Positions 1 to 14,114 of a stretch of DNA of 64,000 nucleotides are shown piece by piece. The notes under the pieces were generated by a model that had not been told where the DNA came from, ran no database searches, and was given only the letters and a program-made list of their open reading frames with translations. This DNA comes from Nitrospiraceae bacterium (GTDB lineage: Bacteria > Nitrospirota > Nitrospiria > Nitrospirales > Nitrospiraceae), in contig JBFWWG010000001.1 in assembly GCA_050246315.1 (NCBI GenBank), forward strand, positions 256,001 to 320,000, written 5' to 3'. The translations under genes were made by a program, and so were the position numbers. Position 1 is the stretch's first letter. Each line of letters begins with the position of its first letter.

Positions 1-2
1 TC

Positions 3-2450
3 CAAGGTGGCGTTCAAGGAGTGTGTGGAGTTCGTCGCCGCGCCCGGCGCCATTTTCAGCTCGGACATGGGTACAAACAGATCGGTCCCGGCCGTCAGGA
101 TCACGGCCCGCTCGATAAAGTTTTCCAGCTCCCGAATGTTGCCCGGCCACGAATAGCTCTGCAGAGCCTTCATCGCCTGAGACGGAATCGTCTCGATGCG
201 TTTCTTCATTCGCCCGGCGAACTTTTGGACGAAGTGGCGGATCAGCATGGGAATATCCTCGGGACGTTCCCGTAGCGGCGGCACCAGGATTGGAAACACT
301 TTGAGCCGATAGTACAGGTCGCTCCGGAACCGTTGCTCATCCACGAGTTGCGCGAGGTCGCGATTCGTCGCGGCGATGACACGGACGTTTACGCGCATGG
401 TGCGGGTGCCGCCTAATCGTTCGAACTCCTGTTCCTGTAGCACGCGCAGCAGCTTGACTTGCAGCTCCAGCGGAATTTCCCCCACCTCGTCGAGGAAAAT
501 GGTCCCGCGATCCGCCAGCTCGAAGCGGCCGACCTTGGTGGCGATGGCGCCGGTAAAGGCTCCCTTTTCGTGACCAAACAGCTCGCTTTCCAGAAGGCCG
601 GTCGGAATCGCCGCGCAATTGAGCTTGACGAAGGTCCGGTCCCGACGCTCACTGAGATTGTGCAATGCGCGGGCGATCAGCTCCTTACCGCTGCCGGTTT
701 CTCCGAGAATCAACACGGTCGAATCGGTCCGGGCGACGGTCTCGACGTCCTTCAGGACACGCCGGAGAGGTGGACTCTCGCCGACGATCTCTTCGAAATT
801 GTAGTCGGTCTGAATTTCCCGTTCGAGATACAACTTTTCCTTGCTGAGTTTCTCCTTGAGTTCGGCGATTTCTTGATAGGCCAATGCATTCTCGACCGCG
901 ATCGCGATCTGTTGCGCCACCTGGCTGAGCAGCTCGACATCCTCCGCCGTGAAGCCGTCATCCTGTCGGCGGCCGACGTTCAGCGCGCCGAGCGTGCGTT
1001 GATGCGCCAGAAGCGGGAGGGAGCAGAACGATTTGACGCCGCGGTCCAGGAGGTCCTGAGCGCAAGGCGAGGACCTGGCCATTTCTTTCAGATCCTGTTC
1101 CCTGAACAATGCGGCTTTGCCCGTGTTAATGGCGAGACAAGACGGGGACTGCGGCGTCTCCTCAATTCGCCCTTCTTCAACGAAACTTTCATTCCTCTGA
1201 AAATCCAACACGTGAATGCGCCATTGCCCGGTTTCGGGATCAAAGAGGAGGAGGCTGGAACCGTCGTGTTGGATGACTGTTCGCAAGCAGGCGCTGACCG
1301 CGGTGAAGAGATCGTCCAGATTCAAATGCGCCACGACCGCATTGTTGATCTCCAACAGCAATCGCTGGCGGTCGCGCTCCCGAGCCAATTGCCGCTGATA
1401 GGCCAGCGAGGCCTCGGCATTGAGCGCGTTATCGACGGCCACCGCCACCTGCTTCGCCACTTCCTGCATGAAGCGGATCTCCGTGTCTTGATAGACCCGC
1501 CGGTGCAGGCTCCCAAATCCCATGGCCCCGAGCGGGCGTTGCGCGGTCGTGAGGGGCACTGCGCAAAAGGACTGCACTCCGTTCTCGCGCAGCATCGCCA
1601 TCAGTTTCGGGAAGCGATGCTCCCGTGTGATATCGTTGACCGTCAGCGGCTGCTGAGTTTTCCAGACGAGTCCGCCGGGCGACTCCTCCACCGCCGTTTC
1701 CAGGCCTGGGCTGATGGTGGTGGGCTCCGAGGTCACAAGCAGCCAGAGTCGCATCACCTGACGGGACGCATCGTGCAAGACGACGTTGATGTAATCGAAC
1801 GGGACGATCTGGGGAAGGCGCTGCGCCAGATCATGAAACAGCTCGGTCAAGTCTCGGTGCGAGGCAATGGACTCGGAGACCTCCAGCAGCAGCCGCAACC
1901 GATCCCGCTCGTGGCTGAGGTCCTGGTGATGGAGGACATTATCGACGGCCACGGCGACCTGCTTCCCAACGTGTTGGAGAAAGGCCAGATCCGCCTTCCC
2001 GTAGGCTTCCCGCTGCAGGCTCGCATATCCGATCGTGCCGAGCCGCCGCATCGCCGTAGTCAGGGGCACGATGCAAAAGGATCTCGTGCCGTCCGCTTTC
2101 ATCCGATCAAGGACCTTCGGCCAGCGCCCTTCTGCGTCCAGGTCCGGCACAATGAGCGGCTGTTGCGTGCGCCAGACGAGCCCGGCGGGAGTATCGTCCA
2201 CCGCTTCCACGTGGCCGCCGATGAGATCGGCCGGCACATTCGCTTGGATCGTCTGCAAGCGCATCACATCCTGCACCGGATCATGCAGGGACAGCGCGAC
2301 AAAATTGACCGGCACCACCTGAGGGAGACGCTGAGCGAGATCACGAAACAGTTCCGGCAGGTCGCGGTGCGCAGCAATCGCCTCCGTGACTTCGAGCAAG
2401 GCACGGTATTCGTGCGTAAGTTCAGGGCAACGGAGTTCCGTCTGATCCAT
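3..2450 (-). CDS. FhlA-like sigma-54 dependent activator (about 3 GAF domains + AAA+), 3' end runs off the window
   Basis: Manual minus-strand translation from ATG 2450 ([31 protein letters not shown]) through [22 protein letters not shown] and WPGNIREL; absent from the ORF track because it is open to the window edge; paralog of 51852-53918. Confidence 0.9.
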   Translation of the reverse strand, partial: MDQTELRCPELTHEYRALLEVTEAIAAHRDLPELFRDLAQRLPQVVPVNFVALSLHDPVQDVMRLQTIQANVPADLIGGHVEAVDDTPAGLVWRTQQPLIVPDLDAEGRWPKVLDRMKADGTRSFCIVPLTTAMRRLGTIGYASLQREAYGKADLAFLQHVGKQVAVAVDNVLHHQDLSHERDRLRLLLEVSESIASHRDLTELFHDLAQRLPQIVPFDYINVVLHDASRQVMRLWLLVTSEPTTISPGLETAVEESPGGLVWKTQQPLTVNDITREHRFPKLMAMLRENGVQSFCAVPLTTAQRPLGAMGFGSLHRRVYQDTEIRFMQEVAKQVAVAVDNALNAEASLAYQRQLARERDRQRLLLEINNAVVAHLNLDDLFTAVSACLRTVIQHDGSSLLLFDPETGQWRIHVLDFQRNESFVEEGRIEETPQSPSCLAINTGKAALFREQDLKEMARSSPCAQDLLDRGVKSFCSLPLLAHQRTLGALNVGRRQDDGFTAEDVELLSQVAQQIAIAVENALAYQEIAELKEKLSKEKLYLEREIQTDYNFEEIVGESPPLRRVLKDVETVARTDSTVLILGETGSGKELIARALHNLSERRDRTFVKLNCAAIPTGLLESELFGHEKGAFTGAIATKVGRFELADRGTIFLDEVGEIPLELQVKLLRVLQEQEFERLGGTRTMRVNVRVIAATNRDLAQLVDEQRFRSDLYYRLKVFPILVPPLRERPEDIPMLIRHFVQKFAGRMKKRIETIPSQAMKALQSYSWPGNIRELENFIERAVILTAGTDLFVPMSELKMAPGAATNSTHSLNATL

Positions 2451-2698
2451 CAGCATAGTATGGCCTGAGAATGGCGGCGACTACAAGATGGGCAGGGGCC
2501 AGGGCAGGGACATCTGAAAAGACGGAGTATGGGGGACAGGTGATAGATGACGTTACAAGGGGAGCGCAGGCAGTTTCACAGAGAAAGAGCGGGCCTCTAG
2601 CCCAGGAAGCCTGGTCGATCTGTCGTTGTCTCTCATCCAGACTATTGGCTGACATACACGACGAGCGAAGTCTCCCGATCCACTCTCCCCCCCAAACC

Positions 2699-4408
2699 TC
2701 AGGCAAAATCCGAGCGCCAAAGATGAATCGCGCGTCGCGCCAGTTTACGCTGCCGCTCATTTAGTAACTCCAGCGTCCACTGCTCTGGGGCCATTTCTGC
2801 TATACGACGAGACAAGGTGTAGGCGCTTTGTCCGTACGCTGCTAGCTTGCTTGAGTAGGACAAATTTCCCACCTCGCGGTTCAAGGAAGGCTCGAGCATG
2901 GTGAGATTGCCTAGTCTGTATACGGCTGTCTCCCAATGGGATCGAGGGAAATGCTCATTCCAGTCTTCAAGTGGATTCTCTGGAAGAACATGTTCAATAG
3001 TTGCCGGATCGGTATCTGGATCGCATGCGCGGCCAGATATGTCCTGTTCAAGTCGTGCAAGCATGTATTTAGCCAGTTTCTTTCGCTGCCCACCGGTCTC
3101 TAGTGAAAGCATGGCAAAGTCTTGTTCGAACTTGCCATCTTCAACATAAATCGACTTGAGTTGTTCAAATACATGTGCCGGGTTGACAGCGGTTCTATCA
3201 ATTACTGCCTTGGCCGCTCTATGATACACCGGTTCCAGCGCATTCGTGTTAAGACTACTTACAACCGAATAGCGAAACGATATAACACTCACCAGCTTGA
3301 CGAGGCGCGCGAAGTCTGCTCTTGAGAAGTTTTCCCACGCTGCAAATAGAAGTGGCGTCATCTGTCGCACACGGAAAAGGTTTAGCTCGCGAACAAACGG
3401 CCTAGCATCTGACAACTCAGCCCAGTAGCCATGATTAGGGTCGGAAAGAGCGGCAAAGAGCTCGGCTCTCGTCTCCAATGCGTTTAGTAGCCCGAAGACG
3501 TCATGCGGTGTTCTTGCACGTTCTCGCACAATCTTAAAAAGCCTCTCACTTCGTATCTTCGGATGCTCGCAGAGCAAATGATACCGGAGAAATTCTGGGA
3601 AACGCTCTTGCCGTATGGTGGCCACCAGTGAGCGCCAGCGCCGTTGCAAAGTTTGGAGATCCGCTTCAACCTGGATGCGTGAGAACAGATAGTTTTTGAG
3701 CAGGTCAGTGGTGGTGAGTTCGAGGCCTCTCGCATTCAGAGTCTCGAATACGGTGTAGGCGTTTATCTGATCCTCGACCGTGATCAGAATGAACATCAAT
3801 TGTCTGGCAATCGTCTCAGATAACAGTTCAGCAAGAGCCGCTCCATCGGTTTGAAATACTTCTATATCCCCCAAACGTTTCTTGAAATACTCGAAACATT
3901 CCCAGAGGAGGCGGTTAGACCTCGCCAAGCCCCTCGGATTCAATGGAGCCCGGATCTGCACAAGGTAATCCTGATAAAATGGGTTATCAGTCTCATTAAG
4001 AAACAGTTTGCTGCTTTCAACTAAAGAAGCGGGGTCCTTTTCGCCTATGAATCGACTCCGTAAACCAGCGGCTCGTTCGAGATTCGCAGTGGGGTCTGTA
4101 CCGCTCTGGGCAATTTCCTGAAGTTTGGCGATTACCGCCAATGACAATACACTCAAAGTTGCCAGTCTCTGTTGGCCATCTATGATTAGGAACTCACGAT
4201 CACTCTTGCCTTCCACAACTAGAGCGCCCATGTAATGACGCTCGTCATCCCGGTTACGCAAATCCAGGATGTCATTCCAAAGGTCCTCCCAATGCTCCTC
4301 TTCCCATGAGTAATCACGCTGGTATGGAGGGACGCGGTAGATGCGGCCATTCCCGAGTAGTTCGAGCAGGTTGGCTGTCCGAGTATTGAGCAAACTTGTC
4401 CTGGCCAC
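2699..4408 (-). CDS. GmrSD-type (DUF262 + DUF1524/HNH) type IV restriction endonuclease
   Basis: YRVPPYQRDYSW, IIDGQQRL, FETLNARG, TIEHVLP and LGNLTML motifs; GTG start at 4408 after a G/A-rich RBS; visibly more AT-rich than flanks. Confidence 0.9.
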   Translation of the reverse strand: MARTSLLNTRTANLLELLGNGRIYRVPPYQRDYSWEEEHWEDLWNDILDLRNRDDERHYMGALVVEGKSDREFLIIDGQQRLATLSVLSLAVIAKLQEIAQSGTDPTANLERAAGLRSRFIGEKDPASLVESSKLFLNETDNPFYQDYLVQIRAPLNPRGLARSNRLLWECFEYFKKRLGDIEVFQTDGAALAELLSETIARQLMFILITVEDQINAYTVFETLNARGLELTTTDLLKNYLFSRIQVEADLQTLQRRWRSLVATIRQERFPEFLRYHLLCEHPKIRSERLFKIVRERARTPHDVFGLLNALETRAELFAALSDPNHGYWAELSDARPFVRELNLFRVRQMTPLLFAAWENFSRADFARLVKLVSVISFRYSVVSSLNTNALEPVYHRAAKAVIDRTAVNPAHVFEQLKSIYVEDGKFEQDFAMLSLETGGQRKKLAKYMLARLEQDISGRACDPDTDPATIEHVLPENPLEDWNEHFPRSHWETAVYRLGNLTMLEPSLNREVGNLSYSSKLAAYGQSAYTLSRRIAEMAPEQWTLELLNERQRKLARRAIHLWRSDFA

Positions 4409-4679
4409 TTGGATGCCCTTTCCCCTCAAGGTTACGGTCTTGCGAAGCAGGTCGGCTGAATATTCGAGCACATTCTTGAATGGCAAGACCCTTTACGTCA
4501 AACGTATCCTCTCGGTTGCCGAGGGATCACTTTCCTCACGCGCTTAGTTGGGGACAGCGAATGGAAGCACGTCGTAGGTGTGTCCAGGACCCTGGAAGTC
4601 TCTCCTCATGTAGGTGATGACCGTGCACTGATTTTGAGAGACCTTACGACAGAATCAGAAAGCCATCCATCATCACCCA

Positions 4680-5030
4680 TCAACTGAGCTGCACCGATCC
4701 TTCCTTCTTGTTCCAGGCGTCGATCTCGTCCGAAGGCCGTTTCTTGGCATGCTGGCCGATCCAGGCTGCCACCTCGTCATCGGTTGCGCCCGTCGCCACA
4801 AATGACTTGAACTCCTTGTAGTCGATCTCTGCGAACCTCAGCCATCGCTGGTCGAGTGGGCAATTGGAGAGATATTCGCCCTGCCAACCCACGAGAGTGG
4901 CCCGGCACTTGTCCAAGGCGCGCGCCGCCAGGGCATAGCCTGCCAGCTTCTCGCGCGGGCTTCGAGGGGCCTCCTTATCGTCCCGAAGATCGCGCGCCTG
5001 CTTCTTCACTTTATCGAGGTCTTCTTTCAT
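4680..5030 (-). CDS. DUF5069 family protein
   Basis: PRSPREKLAGY..AR..DKCRA..GEY..NCPLD pattern. Confidence 0.75.
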   Translation of the reverse strand: MKEDLDKVKKQARDLRDDKEAPRSPREKLAGYALAARALDKCRATLVGWQGEYLSNCPLDQRWLRFAEIDYKEFKSFVATGATDDEVAAWIGQHAKKRPSDEIDAWNKKEGSVQLS

Positions 5031-5093
5031 GGCGGCTCCTTGTTCATCCTCTCCACAAGACAGCGCGGCACGAGATGATAATGACGCTGGCGC

Positions 5094-5777
5094 TCACCCG
5101 GCGCGCGCTGCGGTGAGCACCATCTCTCGATCGACCTTCAGCAGTTCGCCGATGCGCTCGATCGTCAGGTCGGCGGGAGGGCACGCGCGCAAGGTCTCCG
5201 GATCTTTCGCATAGTGCCCCTGCCGCGGGAACACGGTCGTCACCCGGGAGCCCCACCGTTGTTTCACCGCTGTCAGAATCCGCAGTTTATCGTCCACTAA
5301 GACATAGTGGTCGGCGGGATAGCGCCGTTCCACGTCGTCCAGCTCATGCTCCTTGTGAATATAGATGAGCACGTGGCCTTCGACCGCTTCGAAGATCCCG
5401 GATCGTTCGATCTTGCGGGGCTGGAACACCACGTCACCATCAGACAAGATAGCGGCCGTACCCCAGACCTTCACGTGTTGCACGACCTCCAGAGCATGTG
5501 GAAACAGCCGGTCGGCGAAGGGATAGTTTACGAGAAAGCGGGAGACCGTCAGTAGATGCGGATCGCGCGGGTGTTCCAGGCGATAACGTTGCAACGCGCC
5601 CAGGTAGTCCGCATAGCCCAACTCGTGACGCAATTGCTCGAAAATCGTCCAATAGAGAGCTTCCCGTTGTGGGCCGACCTCTTGCAACAGGTGTTGTTTG
5701 AGGTCGGCCGTAACGCGGTCGTTGTCCAGCAACGTATTATCGACGTCGAAGAGCACGACCATTCTTGGCGTCTTCAT
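5094..5777 (-). CDS. HAD-superfamily hydrolase
   Basis: LFDVDNTLLD motif I, ILSDGD, VLVDDK. Confidence 0.85.
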   Translation of the reverse strand: MKTPRMVVLFDVDNTLLDNDRVTADLKQHLLQEVGPQREALYWTIFEQLRHELGYADYLGALQRYRLEHPRDPHLLTVSRFLVNYPFADRLFPHALEVVQHVKVWGTAAILSDGDVVFQPRKIERSGIFEAVEGHVLIYIHKEHELDDVERRYPADHYVLVDDKLRILTAVKQRWGSRVTTVFPRQGHYAKDPETLRACPPADLTIERIGELLKVDREMVLTAARAG

Positions 5778-5824
5778 AGCCACGCCTGTCAACTCCTGCC
5801 GCTCCGTTCCTGATTCTGAATCTC

Positions 5825-5928
5825 TATCCCGTGTTATTCATGAACGCTTCTTCTACAACCTCCGTGCGACCCATTGCCACCAAGAGCAACGAGTGGCATG
5901 CGACGTACCGTCATGAACATGCGGGCCG
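5825..5928. mobile_element. Degenerate family-A MITE-like element
   Basis: Ends TATCCCGTGTTATTCATGA / TCATGAACATGCGGGC resemble the family-A TIR. Confidence 0.5.
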
Positions 5929-5979
5929 GTACGGAGGCACAGGGCTTCCGGCATGGTCGCGCTCGGTCACGATACGGAC

Positions 5980-6591
5980 TCATGCGCTCGGTTCATCTGT
6001 CCGACCCCGACCCCGTCTTCTCAAGACGACCAGCCCCACGGCGAGCATGAGTCCCAGGGCCAGGCCGAAGAACATGAGCGAACGGTGCAGGGTCGGCGAG
6101 AGACGATTCCATTCCTCGCCGAACCAATACCCAACCATGATGAAGACGCTGGACCAGAGCAGCGCGCCTGCATACGCAAACAGCGCAAAGGCCGTGATCG
6201 GCATCTTCGCGGCCCCGCTCATCAGCGCGGCAACATGCCTCACTCCCGGCACGAAATACGCGATCAACAGCGTATACTTCCCCCATCGCTGAATCCATTG
6301 CTGCGTCCTGGCGAGATGTTCCGGATTTACGTGAAACCGACCGCTGAGTGTCGTAACCACCGCGGGTCCCGCGAGGTACCCCAGCGCGTAGCTGATGCTA
6401 ATGCCACAGGCGCTGCCGAGAAACGCGGATGCCACAGCAGGCGCCAGCTTGAGATCTCCGCGAAAGCTCAGATACCCGACGAACGTCAGCAGCGTTTCAT
6501 CCGGCACGGGCAGTCCCACGATTCCCAATACCAGCAACCCAAAGATGGCTGCGTAGCCATAGGATGCAATCCAGGTGAACGCCGGTTCCAT
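5980..6591 (-). CDS. DedA family membrane protein
   Basis: GLPVPDE motif, YFVPGVRH, hydrophobic helices. Confidence 0.9.
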   Translation of the reverse strand: MEPAFTWIASYGYAAIFGLLVLGIVGLPVPDETLLTFVGYLSFRGDLKLAPAVASAFLGSACGISISYALGYLAGPAVVTTLSGRFHVNPEHLARTQQWIQRWGKYTLLIAYFVPGVRHVAALMSGAAKMPITAFALFAYAGALLWSSVFIMVGYWFGEEWNRLSPTLHRSLMFFGLALGLMLAVGLVVLRRRGRGRTDEPSA

Positions 6592-6932
6592 AGTAAGAGA
6601 GCACCGGTGGGAATTCGGATAGACCGCTAACCTTCTCACCGTTAGGGTCCGTGATTCAAGAGCTGTGGCGCGAGGGGCCGTGAGAGGATCGGTCGTGACG
6701 TGACCGCATCAGCCTGGGCTTGATGGCCATCAGGATCGAAGAGCAGCCGTTCGTTCCGATTTGACAGCCGAGACCATCAGAACGTGACACCAGCAAGGAC
6801 GTGGCAGCGGCGTATCGACAGTTGCGGTAGAAACGGTCATGAAAAATGCGGGCTAGAGTACAAACTGATCGTTCGTCAGCCGTGCATTCCGACGGCAGGC
6901 CGGTACAACCAGTCTGTACTCCCCCGCACAGC

Positions 6933-7688
6933 TCAGCGGGTCGTATACCCTCCGTTGGCAAAGATGGTCTGTCCGGTAATCCACCATCCCTCGGTGACCA
7001 GGAATCTAACGATCGGCACGATGTCCTGAATGTCCGTCAATTTTCCGTTCATACTCTGCGATTTATGGTAGGCCACGGCTTCAGGCGATTCGGCAGGATA
7101 GAAAAACGGCGTGTCCATCGGACCAGGCGCCACATTGGTCACCGAAATTCCGCGCGAGCCGAATTCCTTGGCTGCCGCTCGGGTGAAGTGCTCAACCGAA
7201 GCCTTGCTGCCTGCATAGGTGGCGTAGAGTCCGGTGAACGCCGCCAGGAGCGACGTGAGAATGGTCACGATCTTGCCGCCCTCGTTCATGCGCTTGCCGG
7301 CCTCCTGCATGAAGAAATACGCCGCCTTGGCATTGATGGCGAACATGTCGTCGTATTCCTTCTCGCTCGTCTCGACAAACGGTTTCTTGAGCACCTTGCC
7401 GACCGTATTGACGGCAATATCGAGTCGGCCGTACCGCTTGATCGTCTCGTCGAACAGCTTGACCACGTTGTCGACTTTCGTGAGGTCGCCTTGCACCGCA
7501 AAGCCTTTGCCCCCCGCCGCCTCGACCGCCCGCACGGTGTCTTCCGCTGCCGTTTTTGACGCCGCACTGTGGTAGTGCACGACCACCCAGGCGCCATCCG
7601 CACCGAAGGTTCGGCTGAGGAGTCCTCCCAGATTCTTGGCGCCCGCCCCAACCACGACGACTTTTCCTGTGAGCTTCCGATCGGCCAT
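6933..7688 (-). CDS. Short-chain dehydrogenase/reductase
   Basis: GAGAKNLG nucleotide-binding loop, YAGSK catalytic motif, WITGQTIFANGG. Confidence 0.92.
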   Translation of the reverse strand: MADRKLTGKVVVVGAGAKNLGGLLSRTFGADGAWVVVHYHSAASKTAAEDTVRAVEAAGGKGFAVQGDLTKVDNVVKLFDETIKRYGRLDIAVNTVGKVLKKPFVETSEKEYDDMFAINAKAAYFFMQEAGKRMNEGGKIVTILTSLLAAFTGLYATYAGSKASVEHFTRAAAKEFGSRGISVTNVAPGPMDTPFFYPAESPEAVAYHKSQSMNGKLTDIQDIVPIVRFLVTEGWWITGQTIFANGGYTTR

Positions 7689-7832
7689 ATCTTCCTCCCT
7701 TCAATAAACCCTACAGGACGAACAACCTGCGCTCCATCCAGCGCAACCGATCCACACCATAAGCGGCGGGAAGAGCTGCGATCTTGAACGAAATGACTCG
7801 GGTTGGAAGGTTCGAATGGTTTAGGTGAAAGC

Positions 7833-8741
7833 TCAGATACTGCGTACTTGGCGAGGGGTGAGACCCGTGTGACGCCGCATGAGCCTGGTCATGTGGCTCT
7901 GGTCGGCGAACCCGGTCTGCGCGGCGATGTCGGCGATGGGCAACTTGGTCTGGGTCAGCAGGGTTTTGGCTTTCTCGATCCGCTTCTCGATCAAGAACTG
8001 ATGAGGCGCCCGGCCGGTCGAGCGCTTGAACAGCGTCAGGAAATACGACGGGCTCATCTCTGCCGTATCCGCGAGATGTCTCAGGGCAAGATCATCGCTC
8101 AAATGACTCTCGATAAACTCGACGACCCGCGCGAGCTTGCGCTGAGGCAGCCCCTGTCCGGCCGCGCGAGATCGAAGACGTGTTCCCGAATACTTCTTGA
8201 GCAGGTGCACAATCAAGGTGTGCGTCAACGAATCGGCATAGACCCGATCGGGAGGCGACGCCTGCTCGAATTCCGCAATTAAGGTTCGCACCAACTGTTC
8301 GAGCAAGGCATCGCGGAAGTGGAAGCGCGGGATCAACTCCACCGGCCCGCCCGCGCCCATGTCCTCCGCGATCCGGTTGACGAATCCCGGCTCGATCGCC
8401 ATCAAGAGCAACTCGACCGTCGCACTCCACCGTGGGGCCACAAACAGCCCGGCCGGGTTGATGATGGCTTCTCCACCTGAGAAGAAGGCCTCGTGGCGTT
8501 GCCCGTTCATCCGCCATTCCAAGACAGCAGGATGATCGACATGCAGCACGACCACGTGTTTCGGCGCCTGTCCCGTTGGGCGATAGATGCCGGAATGCGG
8601 CTGTTCTACATTCCGTTCGACGATGACGCCGTCCAGTCTCATCCCACTGCCCGAAAGGTGCTTGAGATGAGGCTTGATCAGCGAACGGCCACGGTCCGCC
8701 GTTATGGACGGGTCGCGGGTGTCTAGCCTGGGAGATGGCAC
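7833..8741 (-). CDS. AraC family transcriptional regulator
   Basis: C-terminal double HTH (SPSYFLTLFKRSTG..., IAAQTGFADQSH). Confidence 0.92.
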   Translation of the reverse strand: MPSPRLDTRDPSITADRGRSLIKPHLKHLSGSGMRLDGVIVERNVEQPHSGIYRPTGQAPKHVVVLHVDHPAVLEWRMNGQRHEAFFSGGEAIINPAGLFVAPRWSATVELLLMAIEPGFVNRIAEDMGAGGPVELIPRFHFRDALLEQLVRTLIAEFEQASPPDRVYADSLTHTLIVHLLKKYSGTRLRSRAAGQGLPQRKLARVVEFIESHLSDDLALRHLADTAEMSPSYFLTLFKRSTGRAPHQFLIEKRIEKAKTLLTQTKLPIADIAAQTGFADQSHMTRLMRRHTGLTPRQVRSI

Positions 8742-8779
8742 GGATGGCTCGCTCCAATTGGGTTCCGCTTAGTCGCTCT

Positions 8780-8994
8780 TAGCCCGCATTATTCACGATG
8801 ACTTCTACTGCAACCGCCGATATGCCGCTGCGACAAGGTTAGCTGCTCCTGAAGGGCAGTCAACCGGGCGGGCTCGCCGCTTACCCCCTCGACATACTGT
8901 TGCAAGTATGCCTCGGGGCCTCGCGACGCCGCACGCCCGTCTCGCGTGGCATCTCCACGGTTTCGTCGCGAACTCCCGTGAATAATGCGGATTA
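8780..8994. mobile_element. Family-A MITE-like element
   Basis: TIR TAGCCCGCATTATTCACG ... CGTGAATAATGCGGATTA, no transposase. Confidence 0.75.
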
Positions 8995-9079
8995 GAAGGA
9001 CACCGGCCGATCGGTCAAGAATTATATATTTGTCGGAGGGAGCAAAAGCAACCGGTGGACGAGGTTCCACAGCCACCGA

Positions 9080-10501
<1,422 letters not shown>

Positions 10502-10640
10502 TCAGTAAAGACGGAAAGGGGGAGCGGCGCGCGGCACCGCAACCATTCCGTCAGAATATCATTCCGACCCTTTACTTGATTCCTTTACTTGATTCCTGAG
10601 AACTATCGCGGTGCTTCAAGCGCGGCTCGCAGCCACCTGG

Positions 10641-10991
10641 TCAACGCGTCATTTTACCTGCCGCCACTTGCCTGGCGATTCCTTCCAACCGAGTCGGGCC
10701 GGACAAACGGTTCACGCCGTTGACATGCCGAGAGACCAGCGCGGCCAATACTGCTGTGCGTTTGTTGTCATCCATGAAGGGGTGGTCCTGCGCGAGGTGG
10801 AAGAGATAGGCGGCCGCCATGGCCGGCAGATCGGTGTGGAGATACTCGTCGCTGAACTGCTGATGCGACATGGCAACGGCGGCATCAAGCAACCCATGAC
10901 CGCGCACGCCGGGCGAATCGCCGTCGAGTTCGATGGTATCCGAGTGGAGCAGTTGGACATCGTCCAAGCCCAAGAACAGAATATCCTCCAC
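10641..10991 (-). pseudogene. Decayed Doc (Fic-family) toxin, with an antitoxin C-terminal remnant upstream
   Basis: HPFMDDNKRT instead of HPFxDGNKRT; C-terminus appears frameshifted (DALTRWLRAAL continues in another frame); upstream fragment ...GPMLKRLAD*. Confidence 0.7.
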
Positions 10992-11137
10992 CAGGCTAAT
11001 CCGCGAGCCGCTTCAACATCGGCCCATCGCGCTTCCTCGCCATGATCCGGCCCTACGCCATAGATCGAACAGAGGTCGTTCAAATCAAGTAAGGAGGGAG
11101 GAAACCGGACCGCGACACGTCGCGCCAGAATGGCCAA

Positions 11138-11692
11138 TCAGGACCGGGGAGTTGTCCTGCGTTGCTCCAGAACGACCTCGTGAACTGGACCTGTCCTTCT
11201 GTTCCTCCAATACGGGCGTGACAGGTACCACGCATAGAGGAGCGACAGAAGCACGAAGTTGGGTATGAGGATGGTCGGCGTCATCCATGGCCAGCCGTTG
11301 AACTTCCAATCGATGAAAGGCCACAGGACAGGCGTCGGGAAGAATGCGTGCGAATGCGTGGGCACGTCGACCAACACATGCAGGCCCCAGGCGGCGAGTT
11401 CCCACAGCGGCCGTTTCAGGATGAACCAGACGACGAGAAACACCGCGAGGAACACGATGACACTATGTGTGACATCGTACAGGTGATGCACATAGAGCGG
11501 GATGGAAGATTCGAGGGGAGTGCCCTGACTGAAATCGGGTTTGTCTTCAAGGCCGATCATGGCCGCCATCCAGAGAATTCCGAACGACAGGAGATCCGGC
11601 GCCAGGCCGATCACGAACGCAAGCCAAAAACTCGATCGACTTTTTCGCCCAAACGCAATCGCACCCCAGAGCCCGTGTGAGACAATATCCAT
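11138..11692 (-). CDS. Membrane-bound metal-dependent hydrolase-like protein (YdjM-like)
   Basis: SHGLWG, APDL, THS, LHVLVDVPTH motifs with TM helices. Confidence 0.7.
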   Translation of the reverse strand: MDIVSHGLWGAIAFGRKSRSSFWLAFVIGLAPDLLSFGILWMAAMIGLEDKPDFSQGTPLESSIPLYVHHLYDVTHSVIVFLAVFLVVWFILKRPLWELAAWGLHVLVDVPTHSHAFFPTPVLWPFIDWKFNGWPWMTPTILIPNFVLLSLLYAWYLSRPYWRNRRTGPVHEVVLEQRRTTPRS

Positions 11693-11816
11693 CAGTTCTT
11701 CAGTCGAATGATGATGGCACGAATAAATGCTCGGGCTCGTCCCGAGCCACGAGATAGGTTCGGGGCTCCGAGGCCCCTGCGGTGGAGGCAGTCAGTTGGG
11801 GGCGAGGTGACGTGCG

Positions 11817-12290
11817 TTACGCAAACCGCAATTGCGCCAATGAGGCGGGCGCATTCCCTCCACTGATGTCCGGAATGATGCTCAATTCGAGCACCGTGAC
11901 CGCCGGAAGTTCGACATGATGATCTTCCGTCTCGTTCGTTGCGCCCCGTGGACTGAAGTTCCACTGCTGCCGCACGATTTCCTTAAAGGACTTCCCATGA
12001 TCCGGCGACCAACGCAAGGCATACTCTTGCGTACGCTCGGCTTCGGGCTCCACGAAATTCATCCAGATCCGCCGTAGTCGTTGCGGGTGGGTGAAAAGAA
12101 GCCGGATCGTCTGTTTTCCTGGCCCTGCAGCACGCCACCCCGAATCCCGACCGGGCAGCAACGCGGACTCAATGGGATGAGCGACGTCCTCTGAGGTGAT
12201 TTCCACCTCTGCGAGCCCCTCCACATTCAACCACTCCTGTTCAGACGATCTCATTGCTTTCTCGATTTGAGCTATGATTCGCTTACGCAT
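11817..12290 (-). CDS. Conserved protein with a putative galactose-binding-like (carbohydrate-binding) fold
   Basis: EITSED..HPIESAL..GWRAA.PG.QTIRL.F, RTQEY.LRWS, VRQQWNFSP. Confidence 0.65.
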   Translation of the reverse strand: MRKRIIAQIEKAMRSSEQEWLNVEGLAEVEITSEDVAHPIESALLPGRDSGWRAAGPGKQTIRLLFTHPQRLRRIWMNFVEPEAERTQEYALRWSPDHGKSFKEIVRQQWNFSPRGATNETEDHHVELPAVTVLELSIIPDISGGNAPASLAQLRFA

Positions 12291-12688
12291 CGGTGCCTCC
12301 TGATTTCACGCCGGAGACATTTCTCGCTCCTGACCTGTCAGCCTCCTCCGCCCAGTCTACTGCAAAGCCGAAGCCGTATCCATCACTCACCCAGAGGTAC
12401 AGGAGGCTTCGAATCAGAGCGTGGTTTTTCTGGATCGTGCTCGCGCGCGAGATGCAGTGGATTGTCCCAGGAGGGAAGAAACAAACATGGCGATCGCCGT
12501 GAAATAGATCCGTATTCCGATGTGATGCATGAATACGCTCCTTCGTGTCTTGAGTGAAGCCGGTCCGGATTAACCGGGTATTCGGCCAATTTAGAAAGAG
12601 CTCACCAGCCGCATGTGTAGACCCGCCATGCCGCACGATTCCATCACGAAACGCCTCCGGAATCTTGTCCGGTTCGAGGAAAGCGCCT

Positions 12689-13936
<1,248 letters not shown>

Positions 13937-14114
13937 CTAGAGAATGTGCGTTGCCCAACCGCGTTCTGATGAAACGGCATGTCCAACTGGTGATCTGAAC
14001 ATTCACATACGACATCATGGCACCTCTTCGAAGAGATGCGTCCGGGAAGCGGACGCCAAAAATGATAGCGGCTGAGTCATACCACCCAGCGACGCAGGTT
14101 CAATCATCTGTAGG

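Noticed and set aside
459..2468. 669-aa plus-strand ORF (also 51843-53000, 19747-21564, 59485-60897 and similar)
   Set aside because: Antisense shadows of recognisable genes in GC-rich DNA; no family motifs
8789..9076. Short ORFs sharing AYL(Q/K)QYV...EPAR (also 21892-22080, 43054-43272)
   Set aside because: Translations of family-A element interiors, in different frames and contexts
10570..10597. Tandem 13-bp repeat TTTACTTGATTCC; also heptamer-like repeats at 34782-34880 and 60974-61045
   Set aside because: Too short and low-copy to assign a function
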